DNA of 64,000 bases from Narcine bancroftii (taxonomy: Eukaryota): assembly GCF_036971445.1 (NCBI RefSeq), contig NC_091469.1:370450001-370514000 (forward strand). Reading direction: 5' to 3'. This document shows positions 12,950-26,489 of the stretch, piece by piece (the first letter of the stretch is position 1; each line of letters starts with the position of its first letter). The notes under the pieces are model-generated. The model ran no database searches. It was not told the DNA's origin and saw nothing but the letters and a program-made list of their open reading frames with translations. The position numbers and the translations under genes were made by a program.

Positions 12950-15900
12950 CCCAGCACAATACAGGTCCTTCAGCTCACAATGTTGTGCCAACCTGTACAG
13001 ATGTACTAAACTATGTAACCCTCCATTTTTTTTGCATTAGTGTGCCTGTCTAAGAGTCATTTAAATGTCCCTATTGTATCAACCTCTTCTACCATTCCTG
13101 GCTTTGCATTCCAAGCACCAACCACTATCTATGTAACAAAAGGTACCCACGATGCCTCTTCTGATCTTTCCTCCTCTTACATTATACAGATATCTTCTGG
13201 TATTTGCCACTATTGCCCTGGGAAAAAGGTGCTGGCTATCCTCCTTATCGATGCCTCTCCTTTTCAAAATATTTTAATTGAGTTTAACAAAAACCCTTTG
13301 CACAAGGTATGTTAATGATAACATAAATCAAATTTATATATATAAAGTCACATATTGAAAATTACAGGCATAACCATAATATTACAACCTTTCATACTTG
13401 TAGACTAAAGTTGCCTCTCATCCTTCTTCACTCCACACAATAGGTTCTCCAATCCAGACCACATCCATGTGAATCTCCCATTCAGCCTCTTCAAAGCATC
13501 CATATCTTCCCTGAAATGAGGTGACCAGAAATGAATATGACATTCTATGTGTGGTTCAACCAGACTTTCATAGAGCTGCAACATTACCTCACGGTTCTTC
13601 AACGCAATCCCCTGACTAATGAAGGGCAGCATACCATTAGTCTTTTTAACAAACCTATCAACCCACACAGCAACCTTGAGAGATCTATGGATTTGAACCC
13701 CAAGGCCCCTCTGGTCTTCCATAAGAATTCTGCCTTCAAGTTCAGCCTTCCAAAATCCATCACTTTACACTTATCGGCATTGAATGCCATCTGCCACTTT
13801 TCTGCCAACTCTGCATCCTATCTAAATTCTGTTGCAACCTACAACAACCTTCCACACTATTCACAACACCTCCAAACCTTCATATTATCTGCAAGCTTAT
13901 TGACCTTTCCTTGGACTTTGTCACAAAAAAGCTTGGGTTCCAGAATAGATCTGCGCAGAATTCCACTAGTCACTAACTTCCAGTCAGAATACATTCATCT
14001 ACTGCTATCCTGTGCTTTCTGCAGGCAAGCCTATTCTGAATCCACACAGCCAAAGTTCCATGGATCCCATGCCTTATGAATTTTTGAATGAATCATACAT
14101 GGGGGCCTTTGTTAAATGCCATACTAAAATTCATGTGCACCACATCTACCGCCAGACCTTCATCAAATTCTTTTGTCACTTCTTCAAGAAATTCAATTAG
14201 ACTCGTGACGCACAACCTGAAATTCATAAACCCATGCTGATTCTCCCGGAGAAGATTATGCTTCTCTAAATCCTCTTGTATCCTGTCCTCAAGAATCCTC
14301 TTCAATAGTTTGCCCATTACTGATGAAAGAACACTGGTCTATTATTCCCAGGACTATCCCTATTATCATTTTAAAATAAAAGGGATGATATTTTCCATTT
14401 TCAAATCTTCTATAACCACCAGTATGGCCAGGGAGGATACAAAGATCATTGCCAACACCCCACCAATCTCTTCCTTCCCTTCCTGTAATAATTTGGGTAA
14501 TATCTTATCTGGTCCCAGTCTTTAAAAAAGGTCCAGTACTTCCTCTTTCTTATCATCAACATGCTCCAGCACAGAAGTCTGTTCTATACTGACCTCACAT
14601 TGACCAAGGTCCCTCTCCGGTAAGCACCAAAGCAAACTGTCCATTGCGTGCTTCCCCTAGCTCCTCTGCCTCCAGGCACACGTTGCCTCCTTTATCCTTA
14701 AGCAGCCATACCATCATTCTAGTCACCTTTCTGTTCTTCATGGATGCATAAAACACCTTAGTGTTTTCCTTAATCCTACATTCCAAGGCCTTTTTGTGCC
14801 CACTTCTAGTTCTCCCAAGTCTTTAAGTTCCTTCCTGGCTACTGTACAATCCTAATGAGCTCTTCCTGGCTTTACTTCTTAAATATTGTGTATACTTTCT
14901 TCCTCTTCACTAGCTGCCTCACCTCTTTTGTCAAACACTGTTCCCTTATCTTACCATCTTTTCATTGTCTCAGTAAGACAAACCTATCTGGAACCTCAAG
15001 CAAGTGGTCCATAAACATCCTCCACATTGCTTATTCTTTACTTGCACCCTCACCCTACTCCGAGAATAACTGTTCCAAATTTACCCTGCCAAGTTCCTGC
15101 CCAATCGCATTGTAATTAGCTCTTCCCAATTAAACAATTTACTATTTTGTCTATTCCTATCCTTATCCATAGCTATGCTAAACGTCAAGGAGTGTGGTCA
15201 GTATCATTGAAATGTTCTCCCACTGAGAGGTCTGTCACCTGACCTAGTACTACATCCAGAATGGCCTCTCCTCTCATTTGGCTTGTCCGGATATTGTGCC
15301 TGGAATCCTTCTCGGACATAGCTGAAAAATTCTGCCCTATCTATCCCTCACAGCAAGGAGGCGCAGTCCATGTTAGGGAAGTTGAAGTTTTTGCTAACAA
15401 CAATCTCTTATTTTTGCATCATTCCAAAATCTGCCAACTTATCTGCTCCTCGGTGTCCTGAAGTCCATTTGGAATCCTATACACAACTCCCAGTGGAGAG
15501 ATTGCTCACTTTCCGTTTCCGACTTCCACCACACTGTCAGTAGACAAATCCTCCACTATGTCCTCCCTTTCTGCACCTGAGATACTGTCCCTAATTAGAA
15601 ATATTACTTTGCCCCCTCAATTTTAGCTCCCTTCCCATCCCTTTTGAAACACCTATCTATCCCCAGTACCTACATCAACCAATCCTGTCCTTGCATCAGC
15701 CCAGTCTCTGTAACTGCCATCATAATTCCACGTACTGATACACACTCTAAGTTCACCTCCTTTATTCCTAATACTTCTTGCATTATAATAAACACATTTC
15801 AATCTTTCCAACTGACTACATTTATGTTCTCTCCACTGCCTCACAATCTCACTACACATTGCATTAATTTTTCCACCATCTGCTCTATTTTCAACCCTAT

Positions 15901-16690
15901 CATTCTGTTTCCCATCTACCTGCCAAACTAGTTTAAATCCTGCCCAACAGCTCTAGCAAACCTCTCCACCAGGATAATAGTCCCCTTCCTGATCAGGTAA
16001 CCTTTTTGTACAGATCATCCCTTCCCTTGAAGAAATCCCAATAACTCAGAAAACCAAAGCCCTGCATCCTGTACCAATTATACAACAACACATTCATCTG
16101 CCATTTTATCCTATTCTTACCCATGGTACAAGCAGCAAAGTTGAGATTTACTACCTTGACCCTTTCAGCTTCCTGTATCCTCTCTTCTGGACATCATCCT
16201 AACTAGGCTGTTGATACCAATTCAGTTTGCACAACAACTTCTAGCTGTTCAACCTCCCTTTTCAGGATGCATGAACCTGATCATAGGTGTTCCTGACCCC
16301 GGGAGTCATCGGGTGTCTCTTTCACTTCCATAAAATCTCCTGCCAACTCCTCTAATTATTCCGTTTCCTATCACTACCTTTCTCTCTGCTTCCTTTCTGA
16401 GCCACATGGCCAGGTTCAGTGCCAGAGATCTGGTCACTGCAGCTTTGCCCTGTTGGTTTGTTTCTTCTCCCACCCCTTTCCTACCTACTCCACCCCAAAA
16501 CACTATCCAAAGCGGTATACTTATTACTTGAGGGAAAAGGCCACTTGTTTCCCTACACAATATGCTTGCTTGCTTTTGCTGTTCCTCTCCAGTCACCCAT
16601 CTTCCTGCCACTCTGCTTATACCTCTCAGCTTCTTAAACTGTCCCAATCTCTCTCACTCTCACTCCAACTTTCGTCCATTGGAAAATAAG
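12950..16690 (-). mobile_element. Long decayed CR1 LINE (ORF1 esterase-like region, endonuclease, RT, 3' end), interrupted at ~13260-13410
   Basis: Minus-strand peptides VVIGNGIIRG (ORF1 SGNH-like), CVYYNARSIRNK (endonuclease), NQHGF...LIEFLEEVTK...VDVVHMNFSMAF and WQMAFNADKCKVM (RT); 3' tail at ~12950. Confidence 0.9.
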
Positions 16691-17294
16691 TTCCAGAGAG
16701 TTGTGGAACTCCAAGACACTTAGAAAAAGGGAATTAGACAAGGGCATTATTGCCAAAGTGGTCAAGGAGTATGGAGAGATAGCAGGAATAGGGCCCGGAG
16801 ATCAAATGATCAGCTATGATTGCATGGATTAAGAAACTTAATATTGTGAAAATATTTCTAAATACTACACTTGTTTGAAACCACAGTGTATAAAGTAAAA
16901 TAACAAAAATAGAATAGAATTTACCTTCTTCGTCTTTACCTCCAGATTAGGAATTCTTTGCCAAATGAATGGGGATTCCAATGCTATGCCAACCCTTAAA
17001 TTACAGAGGCAAATTCCTCACTTGAAATCTATTCCTCCAATGAGAATATTGTTTGCAGCCAAATAAATTAGTCTTGGAATATGGTGACTTAATGCAAATC
17101 AGGTGACTTTGCATGATCAGGCGTCAGGAATCCTGGAGGAATTCAGCAGCCTCCATTGGTAGAAATGTTCAGTCAAAGCTTTGGGTTGGTTGTCAACAGT
17201 GCTGATGGGAAACACTCCAGTTGTATATCACTGTGACAGTTAATATATCACTGTACACACACAGAACACATTATTTACTTCAGATGTGAATTCT

Positions 17295-17683
17295 TATTTC
17301 TTTGGCTTGGCTTCGCGGACGAAGATTTATGGAGGGGGTAAATGTCCACGTCAGCTGCAGGCTCGTTTGTGGCTGACAAGTCCGATGCGGGACAGGCAGA
17401 CACGGTTGCAGCGGTTGCAGGGGAAAATTGGTTGGTTGGGGTTGGGTGTTGGGTTTTTCCTCCTTTGCCTTTTGTCAGTGAGGTGGGCTCTGCAGTCTTC
17501 TTCAAAGGAGGTTGCTGCCCGCCAAACTGTGAGGCGCCAAGATGCACGGTTTGAGGCGATATCAGCCCACTGGCGGTGGTCAATGTGGCAGGCACCAAGA
17601 GATTTCTTTAGGCAGTCCTTGTACCTTTTCTTTGGTGCACCTCTGTCACGGTGGCCAGTGGAGAGTTCGCCATATAACACGAT
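17295..17683 (-). mobile_element. Young 5'-truncated RTE-clade LINE with target-site duplication
   Basis: Uninterrupted C-terminal ORF LYGELSTGHRDRGAPKKRYKD...CNRCNRVCLSRIGLVSHKRAC; flanking direct repeat gatgtgaattct at 17283-17294 and 17681-17692; CpGs retained. Confidence 0.93.
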
Positions 17684-18474
17684 GTGAATTCTAAGCTAAG
17701 ATTAAATCACAATTAACATTGTCAGGATCTGCTTTCTTTATCATGATGTAATTTGATTAAGCTTGAACTGAATGCTCTGCCTAAGATCAGGATATTTATA
17801 TAGATGTAAAACCAATCATCATTTAAAAATTGTCATAATTTCTCATTTATTGGTGGGATATATTAATGGCACTATTATACTGGTATCCTAGCATGAGAGA
17901 AAGGGTTAACAAGAATCTTTGCAATTAAACATAGTGTTAACAAAACACATCACCTTTGAATAAATCTGCCAAATACAGTTATGAAAATGAAATCTTAATA
18001 AATTTAAAAACATGTTTTGTGAGAGTTTGTATAAAGGAAAAATGTAAAGATCAAACTACCTTTATATCTGCTTATATAACAGTAATGTGTAGCTGATTGA
18101 ACAGTCTTTCCAGAATTTGCTGACTACTTTAGTTCACTTAGGGATGTCCTTTGGTTAGTTTGGTGATGTCAGCAGTTTCTAGCAGCCAACTCATCAGCAA
18201 TTTTCGGCAGAAGCTGCCGTGGATTTATTTTTCTCATTGGTGGAGCTCCAGACCGTCTTGCACTGACTCCTCTTCCCAAAGGTCTCCATGAAGAGGTGCT
18301 TGGTCATCATACTTTGTAACGAGGGATGAGATTTGGTGACTAAATGTCATATCTTAAAACAAAAAAAAGATGCAAAATGTTCTTCAAAGTTATGCAACAA
18401 CAATCTCTCACAAATTTCCTCATGAATGTCAATTCTCTTGATTACTAAGGCTTTAATAATGGATTCCCATTTGC

Positions 18475-19343
18475 TGAATGCCTTTGTGTTTATTTACCTT
18501 ATCGAAATAAATGGCATTGGCATGGTGGTCTAAAGGCTTGTTACTGTACTGTATGACTCCATAAATTATTCAAATAATTATCTCAAGCCAACCAAGTCCA
18601 TTACATTCAGCAGAAGCCTTCACTGAGAGGACCCCATCACACTCTCTTCTCGCTGCTACCTTCGGGCAGAAGGCACAGAAGCCTGAAACCTGGCACTTCC
18701 AGGTTCCAGGTCCAACTGCTATCAGGCCCCCCTTACTCTACCCTAACCAGAATTCCTAACCAAACATGACCTCAGGACCAAAGATTTGTAATATTGCTAC
18801 TGTGAATATTTATCTATTCCAGTTTCCTTCCATGTTCCAAAGGGTGCATGTGATTAGAAAGTTAACTGATCGTGTATGTAATTGGGAGCTATAGCCACTT
18901 TGGTTGGAAGAGCCTGTTTCTGCGCTGAACATCGAAAGTTAAACAAAATAAAATGAACAATTACATGGCCAGCGAGGCAATAATGGCTGAAGAAGATGTG
19001 CAAAATGATTTTCCCAAAGGTGACTCATCAATAATTGAATAATTTGGACTCGTATTGATGAAATAAATTCACATCAACATTGAGATGATCACTATTGGCA
19101 CATCATGATATGGGGAAATCACTAAGAACTGATTCATTTCGAACTTCATTGGACAGGATTAATCCTAATTACTTGACAGAAGGATGAGAGACCTGCTTTT
19201 GGTAACAATAAATGTGATGGACTTGGTTGGCTTGAGATAATTATTTGAATAATTTATGGAGACATACAGTACAGTAACAAGCCTTTAGACCACCATGCCA
19301 ATGCCATTTATTTCGATAAGGTAAATAAACACAAAGGCATTCA
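18475..19343. repeat. Long inverted repeat: 133-bp arms (18475-18607 and 19211-19343), 603-bp spacer
   Basis: The arms are reverse complements with 2 mismatches by eye. Confidence 0.93.
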
Positions 19344-19639
19344 CATTTCTGGTGAAGGAGCTTCCATTTTGATGTTCAAGTTTTCCAAGATTTTAACTTG
19401 AGAGTTGTAGATACAATTCCAAATCCATACTGTTCGTTTCCTGAAGACAAATTTCAGGTAGAGCTGTGACCATATTATTTTCCATCTGTCAGAGATCATG
19501 GGTTTAGGTAATACTGTCAAAAAAAAAGGCCTTGGGAAGCTGCATTTAGTTGAGGGTATACATTGCAGCAATGGTTTCCAAGAGTAATAGAAAGAGGGAA
19601 TGTTTAGGTTACATTCATTCTAAGTAGGTAAAGAAAATA

Positions 19640-20185
19640 GTTTGTGGTCTCCTCTATATTGGAGGGACTGGGTGCAGACTGGGAGGTTGCTTTGTTGAGC
19701 ACTTTGGGTCTGTCCATCGCAACAATGTGGATTTCCCAGTGGCCACTCATTTCAATTCTCCATGACTATCATGACAGGTCATGACATGACATGCACTGCC
19801 AGACTGAGACTACTTGCAAATTGGAGGAACCCCTTATCTTCCTTCTGAGCACCCTCCAACCAGATGGCATTAACATTAACCTCCTGTTTCTGTTAAATGC
19901 ACTCTCTCTCTTCCCTTGTCGTTCCTCTCGCTCTCTCCCCCCCCCCCTTCTTTTCTCTCCTTTCACAGATCCAAAATCAATTCTCACCTCTCCTCTTTTC
20001 ATATCTAGTTAACACCTTTTCTTGGTGTGGACTCCTCCCCTGCCAGTCTTAATATGACCAATAGGCCTGAAACATCAATAATCTATCTTTACCTCCTATG
20101 GATGCTGCGACGCCAGCTGAGTTTCTCCAGCATTTCTGTGTACTTTTACTATAATCACAGCATCTGCAGACTTTTGTGTTTCACT
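19640..20185 (+). mobile_element. Penelope-like element 3' fragment (GIY-YIG endonuclease remnant)
   Basis: Reads LYIG.TG.RLG..FVEH...FPVATHFNS...KLEEPLIFLLSTLQPDGINI, followed by a pyrimidine-rich stretch and a ctgagtttctccagcat terminus. Confidence 0.75.
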
Positions 20186-20306
20186 AAGGAGAGTTTGAAA
20201 TGTAGGTTTTGATAATTTGCCGAAGGATATATTGACAATAGTGTGTTCTGACCTTGACAATCCTGACTGAAATTTCAGGTCAATAGTAATCTGTTATATG
20301 TGGATT

Positions 20307-20970
20307 GTGGAGAAACATGTGGCCTCCCTGCCTGTCTGGAACATTGTATATTTGGGGTTGTCACGTGTCCTCCCTGTCTGATACTTATTTGGAAGTCACA
20401 TTACCTATCAATCAAGGTTGGACTCCAGCTACCCATTAGTGCTTGCCTTGCCGTTGGCTAATTTAAATCACCTAGCATCATTATTGGCTAGGCCAGATCA
20501 GAACTGTAGAAAGTATCGACATATAGCACATTTTTTCTCTCTGCCTTGTGGCCCAAGCCCCAGACATCGCTCCACGTCAGGTCGTTACTGTGGACATCGC
20601 TGCAAGTGTTGTGGGTAAGGTGTGCACTACACTTAAGCTGACTTAAGGGATCACTTAAGCTGACTCCCGGGGTCAATACACTAATATTGCAATAGATCAG
20701 AACTTGCAGAGAGCCACACCCCTGTTGGTACAGGGAACTGCGATTGTATGTGAAAGTCCCTGTCTGTAGAATATGTGAGCATGTAGAGCATAGGTTGCTA
20801 CTGGTATCAGAGTCCAATCTGCGTCCAATGTGAATATCTATAACATTGTTCAGTAGTAGAGTAATTGAGTATGGTTTGATGTTCTCCCATGTTTGTCTCC
20901 TTTGTGTTCATTAAAGTTACCTGTGATTGTAAAACTTGTGTCCAGTCTCATCTCTCTGTGAACCCACTAA
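20307..20970 (+). mobile_element. Probable solo LTR
   Basis: tgtgg start, GC-richer body, attaaa followed by U5-like ttgtgtccagtctcatctctc; no TSD verified. Confidence 0.4.
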
Positions 20971-20974
20971 AACT

Positions 20975-21330
20975 GATACTCTTTAAAGCACAACATAACC
21001 ATCAACCTTCTTCTAATAACCAATACATTTTCATCAGGTACCCCTCTTCTCCCACCACCCAATATCTGATGAGGATAATGGAGAATTTGATCATGATTGT
21101 GGCATTGAGTGCAAAATAGAAATGTCTCTCTCATTCTTGTTGGAGAGGATCCATTGGGAGATTTTATTTTGTGAATAGGCAATCCATTATCTCTTGAACC
21201 ATGGCAGGGGAGGATACGCAATCGACCATATCCAGAGAACCCTAAATGTGGTTCTTGCTCCTTGCTAACTTTCTGTGTTTCAAGCGCAATGGCATCCAAA
21301 TTCCTTTCTGCAACATCATTCAGCAGTCTC
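20975..21330 (-). mobile_element. Highly decayed LINE AP-endonuclease fragment
   Basis: Minus-strand RLLNDVAERNLDAIALETQK resembles the D(I/V)IALQET motif. Confidence 0.4.
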
Positions 21331-21334
21331 TTTC

Positions 21335-21920
21335 CATCTAAACAATATTCTGCTTTTCTGCTTGCTCTACCAAAGTAGATAACTTAACATTTTCCCATTG
21401 TATTCTTTTGCCCACTCACTTAACCTATTGATATCTTCTTGGAGCCCTTTTCTGCTTGCTCATAACTTGTTTTCTTACTTGCTTTTATATCATCAGAAAA
21501 TTTGGCTACAATGCAATTGGTCTCTTTTTCCAAGTTATTAATATAGATTGTGAGCACCATCATTGATCATTATACTTATAATTTGAGATATTGAAAATGA
21601 ACCATTTATTTAACTCTTTGTTTTGATTTAGCCAATCATCTGTCTCTGCCATTATAATTACATCCTACCCGTAAACTCTTGTGCTGTAATCTCTGAGACA
21701 AATCCAAATCCCCTGCATGTACTGTTTCTATTTATCCACTCTACTCATTACATCCTCAAAGTACTCTAATAAATTTATCAAACTTGATTTATGTTGCATT
21801 AGATCCTGCTGAGACATTAATTGTATTAGGATTTCCTGCTTTCAGTCTCTCTGGTTTCTTGAATAGGAGCATTGCATGCATACTTTTCCAATGTGCTGGG
21901 AACATTCCAGAATCAGTTTC
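21335..21920 (-). mobile_element. Old CR1 RT fragment
   Basis: Reverse strand resembles IYIN.L...KF.DD and the LLEFFE.VT segment (catcctcaaagtactctaataaatt). Confidence 0.65.
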
Positions 21921-22521
21921 ACAAACATTGCCATGTGACTCCAGTTCAAAACTAAGTTAGAAAGTTTCTAGACTTGATTAGTGAAGGTTATAATAGTGCG
22001 ATTTAATTGTCAGTGGCCATTTAACTGCACAATCAATTGCTTCTACCTTGAAAACAATCCAGCATTAAGGTTTGTTTGTTCTCTTCATGGAGTCATGGTG
22101 TGCACAGGTCAGATGATGGGAAGAATTTGTGTATTATAGCCTGTGTTATTAGCATGCTTCTATTTCCAAGATTGAATATTACACTATTTCATTACAATTG
22201 TGTATTAATGTTTGAAATAAAGTTGCCAGATAGATCCTGTGGTACACTGAAGATTAGTCAGTTAGCCAAGTAGAGCACTGGCCACCTGTTTCCTGCTTGA
22301 ACTTACTAAAGGCCAAAGTCCTTACTCTGTCTGAGAAGAAAAGAAAGGATTCAATAGACTTTGAAAAAAAAATGTATACATGGTGTTCCAAAGCTAAAGG
22401 TTAGCTAAGATAAATCATTGCCACAATTTTTGTAAATGTTAGTTTGCCTGTGAACTTTCTTTAAAATTGATGTGAATACGTTGCTGAGTATAATGGCAAA
22501 GATTCTGATTAATTTTTGCAG

Positions 22522-22653
22522 GAAATTCATTCTGGTGCCTACTTGATGTTGTGCCAATTAAAAATGAGAAAGGAGATGTCGTTCTTTTTTTGGCATCCTT
22601 CAAAGACATTACTGTTACCAAAGTGAAGATTGCCCAGGAGGATAAAAAGGAAG
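22522..22653 (+). CDS. KCNH8: KCNH8 (Kv12.1/ELK) internal coding exon, probably exon 3; C-terminal part of the PAS (PAC) domain
   Basis: Acceptor ttttgcag|, donor GAAG|gtcagt; 132 nt, phase 1 at both ends. Translates (G)[43 protein letters not shown], matching the EAG-family [25 protein letters not shown] motif as I recall it for KCNH8. Confidence 0.95.
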
Positions 22654-23309
22654 GTCAGTCTTTCATAATATATCTTCACCTTAGTTATTAAAGTCAATAG
22701 GATGCTGTTCTTTTTATTGTCATGATTTCATTGTTGAATATAATAATGAATGGCCTGCTAGAAAGAGCAAATAAACATTTTACACTGTTTGTGAATATTG
22801 TTTATTTTCTGTAATTATGATTTGTTCCATGTGAAGCATGTAAAACAAGAATTTTGACAAACCTGAGCTAATTTTATTCAAATCCTTCTTCAATCCTGTT
22901 TATTTATAACATATTTTCAGTGAAACAAAATATAATTTGATTGTTTCTAAATTCAACATTCAACCTGAATTTTTTGTTTCTATATTTTTTGGCTAGATAC
23001 ACAAACCCATTTCTTAGTTATGTTCTCTTGGAAGTATATATTGTATATTGGTATTATTGTGTTAATCTATATGATTTTTAATATATTTGGTGTTTAATTA
23101 ATTTATAAAAGTGAATGAACAAACTCCACATGGACTCCGCAGTACTGACAGGATAATCAACATTATAGATTAATGTCAGAGTTGATAACCCTCCATGCTT
23201 CATCTACCTCTATCCAATGACTTTTTAAAATTATTTTCATCTCTGCCTTCCCCTGTGTTCCAGCTATGACATCAACTACTCCTTGTGATGGTAAATTCCT
23301 CACAATGGA

Positions 23310-24545
23310 CAAGGCTGATTAGGGATTGTCAGCATGGTATTATCAGGGTGGGTGGTGGTGGGGGGGTCGGGGCGCAGTCAAATCTCACAAATCTGGCTGA
23401 GTTTTTGATGGTGAGGACAGAGCGGTTGGCATAAATGTAGATTTCACCAAGGCATTTGATAAGGTTCCACACAGTAGGCTGCTTCAGAAGGTGAGATCTG
23501 TGGTGAGAAAGCAGAATGGATAGAAAATTTGCTTTGTGGAACAAAGCAAAGGGTGATGGCACTTTTCAGGCTGGAGACTCGTGGTGTGCCCCATTGGTTG
23601 AGTTCTAGGCCTGTTGGTCATCTATATCAATAATTTAGATGAAAACATACATGGCAAGCTTGCCAATGATATGGAAGTGTCTGGTTTTGTAGATAGTGAA
23701 GATAGCTGCCAAAGATTGCAGCAGGATCTTGATTATTAGGCCAGGAGGGAAGAGGAATGGTTGATGGAATTTAATACAGAGGTATGTGAGGTGTCGCATT
23801 TTGGGAAGTCTCAGGTGCTTTGGCACATTGGCTTTCATTGTCAAAGTAATGAGTACAGAAATTAGGAGATCATGTTGAAGTTGCATAAGACATCAGTGAG
23901 GCCCCATAGTCACTAGAAAGTTTGCAGATGATGAGGTTGAGTGTGCTGGAGAAATTCAGCAGGTCGCACGGCATCCTACTGAGTTGGTGAGTATTGTCTT
24001 CAATTTTGGTCACTGTGCTACAGGAAAGGTGTCAAGGTGGAGGAAGATTTACAAAGATGTGGCGAGAACTTGGGGGGGGGTGGTCTTAGATATAGGGAGA
24101 AGCTGAGATAGCTAGGGATTTATTCCTTGGAGTGTAGGAGAAAGTGCCAATCACACAGCGGTATACAGAAACATGCGAGGAATAGATCAAGTGAATGCAC
24201 AGTCTTTTGTCCAGATTAAGAAAATGAGAATCTGAAAACATATGTTTAAGTCAAGGAGTGGGGGGGGGGGGTGGTGGTGGTGAAGTAGGGGGGGGAGAGA
24301 TAGAAACAGGAGCGGGAGTGTTGAGAAATTTAATACGTACCTGAGGCATAAATGTCTTAACGCACAGGGTGGTGGGTGTATGGAATGGGGTGCTGGAAAA
24401 GATAGTTGAGGCAGCTACAATTGCAATGTTAAATAAACATTTGATGGTTACGTGGATAGGGTGGACTTTGAGCGGTATGGGACAAATGCAGTCAGGTAGG
24501 ACCACTATGAGAGGGATGCTTTGGTTGGCATGGGGAAGCTGGAAC
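23310..24545 (+). mobile_element. CR1 LINE RT to 3' end, decayed
   Basis: aaggcatttgataaggttccacac (KAFDKVPH), atctatatcaataatttagat, tggttgatggaatttaat and CR1 3' region. Confidence 0.85.
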
Positions 24546-26489
24546 AAAGAGCATGTTATTAGGATTACTCCAGATCAAAACATTCTTAATTCCCTCTTAA
24601 ATATATAAATAACTGTCAGAATTCATGCACCTATTATTGATGGTCCAAAAATGCAATAGCATTATCAAATCCTTTAATAATCCTGAAGAAGTCCAGGGAT
24701 CCATCTGGAGAAAATAGCTCCAGGTGGTCTGTCTTTCCTGACAAATATTTGCTTTATTTGCTCTTTTATCCTCCTTGTCAATATATTTTTTTTAGCTTTT
24801 TAATGTTATACAAAAGATTGATTATTTTTGACTTCAATGCCATCGCCCCTTTTCCACTGCCACCCTGTCCCAGAAATTAACTGAGAATTTATTGGGAATG
24901 GATCCAGTGGAAAAGGAATATGGTCCGAACACCAGTGTCAAATTATGTCATTTCATGCCAGGGATTACTCATATCTCCAGCATTTGCTGATGCCAGCGTG
25001 CTAATAAAATCAGTGGAAAAGGGAAAGCAGAAAGTCACCAGTTTCCAATTGAAGGTAGAACACCCCAATCCCTGGGGATGAGTGTTCAATGGAAAAACAA
25101 TTAGTGTCCCAGTTAAGGGCGGCCAGTGGAAATGGCACAAAGGGCTTTCCTAACCTTGGATACTGAAAAAGGGGCTCATGACTAAGAAGTTCTCCAAAGC
25201 TTAGGATTTGGGTGGCTATCCTTCTCATACCAATCAGGTTCTGAACTATTAATCATTGTCAACTAAACCTGCCTAATCCCTAGAGCATTGACAGAATAAC
25301 TGGTACACCTAAAAGGAAGGTAGATAAATAGAGAATGAGTTAAAAGTTTATTTGATCAACTGGGATGAAGCACTCTAGGATGCGCATCAACTCTGACATG
25401 GAATCTATTATGGTAAATATCCTGTGCCTTTATTAATCATACTTCTTCAATTTTAGGAATTCTTGTGCAGTTAAGTTGAGAGAATTATATCAATTTGCAC
25501 TGGGAAATGCTTCATACCATAAATGCTAAAATGACAATGTTCTTGGTTTTATTGATACTGATCAACAGTTCAATACCCGATGGATATGAAAAGAATATCT
25601 ATCAAACCCCAGGATTTGAAGAAATTCATAACAATCCCATGAACAATGGTACAGAAGGGCAAAACAAAAGAATCTTCTGGATAAATGTTTAATAATACAT
25701 GTTGAAGTGAAGCAAGACTTTACTGCATTTATATAGCACTTGCCATGATTTTGTGTCCAAAAGGCAAGGTACAGCCAGGGAAGTCCAGTGGGAGTGGGTC
25801 CCTGTTGCATTATTAGGAAATGCTGCAACCCACTCTGTTTGCACCAAACATCAATGAATGTCAATATGATGGTTAATAGGTATCATATATTTGATGATGC
25901 GGTTTGAAGCATTTATGACACGTTGCAGAACTCTCCTACACTTCTTTAAAATGGTGTTATCTTTTTCATCAGTTTGAAAGATTGAGTAGAGCCTCAGTTT
26001 AACTTCATTCGAAAACCGTGCAGCTCCACCTCAATGGAATGTTGACTTAAATTTCTGGGTTCACACTCCTGAATTGAGACTTAAACCCATATGTTCTCCC
26101 TCAGAGACAAACGAGCCTATTCTGATAATGGTTATGATCATTAAAAGATTTTCTGCAAGAGAACTTGAAAGTTAACTTTTAAATTCTACTTACATTGTGA
26201 ATAATGTGTCATCTGTTAAATACAAGATCTGAGTGAATTGAAAAGGATTTTGGGAAAAAAAGGCTGCTTTATTGAACTGATTCTAAATACTGCAACCCAA
26301 AACATTCACGTTGCAAAGTTTGTGAGTTTTAGATATTTAAACAAATTCATTAGTATAATTCATCCTCCACTGTGCTTATTTTTATTCAATATTTTGCTTT
26401 GTTATTTATCATTAACTTTCAATATAACTACTAATTTGGAAAATATAAAAGGCATTCATTGGAGAGCAGGATGTTCACTACAGCATCTA

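Noticed and set aside
13531-14079. 182-aa + strand ORF
   Set aside because: Antisense shadow of CR1 reverse transcriptase.
18170-18330. Faint resemblance of the minus strand to a histone H3 tail or processed pseudogene
   Set aside because: No consistent frame or motif match; cannot be supported by eye.
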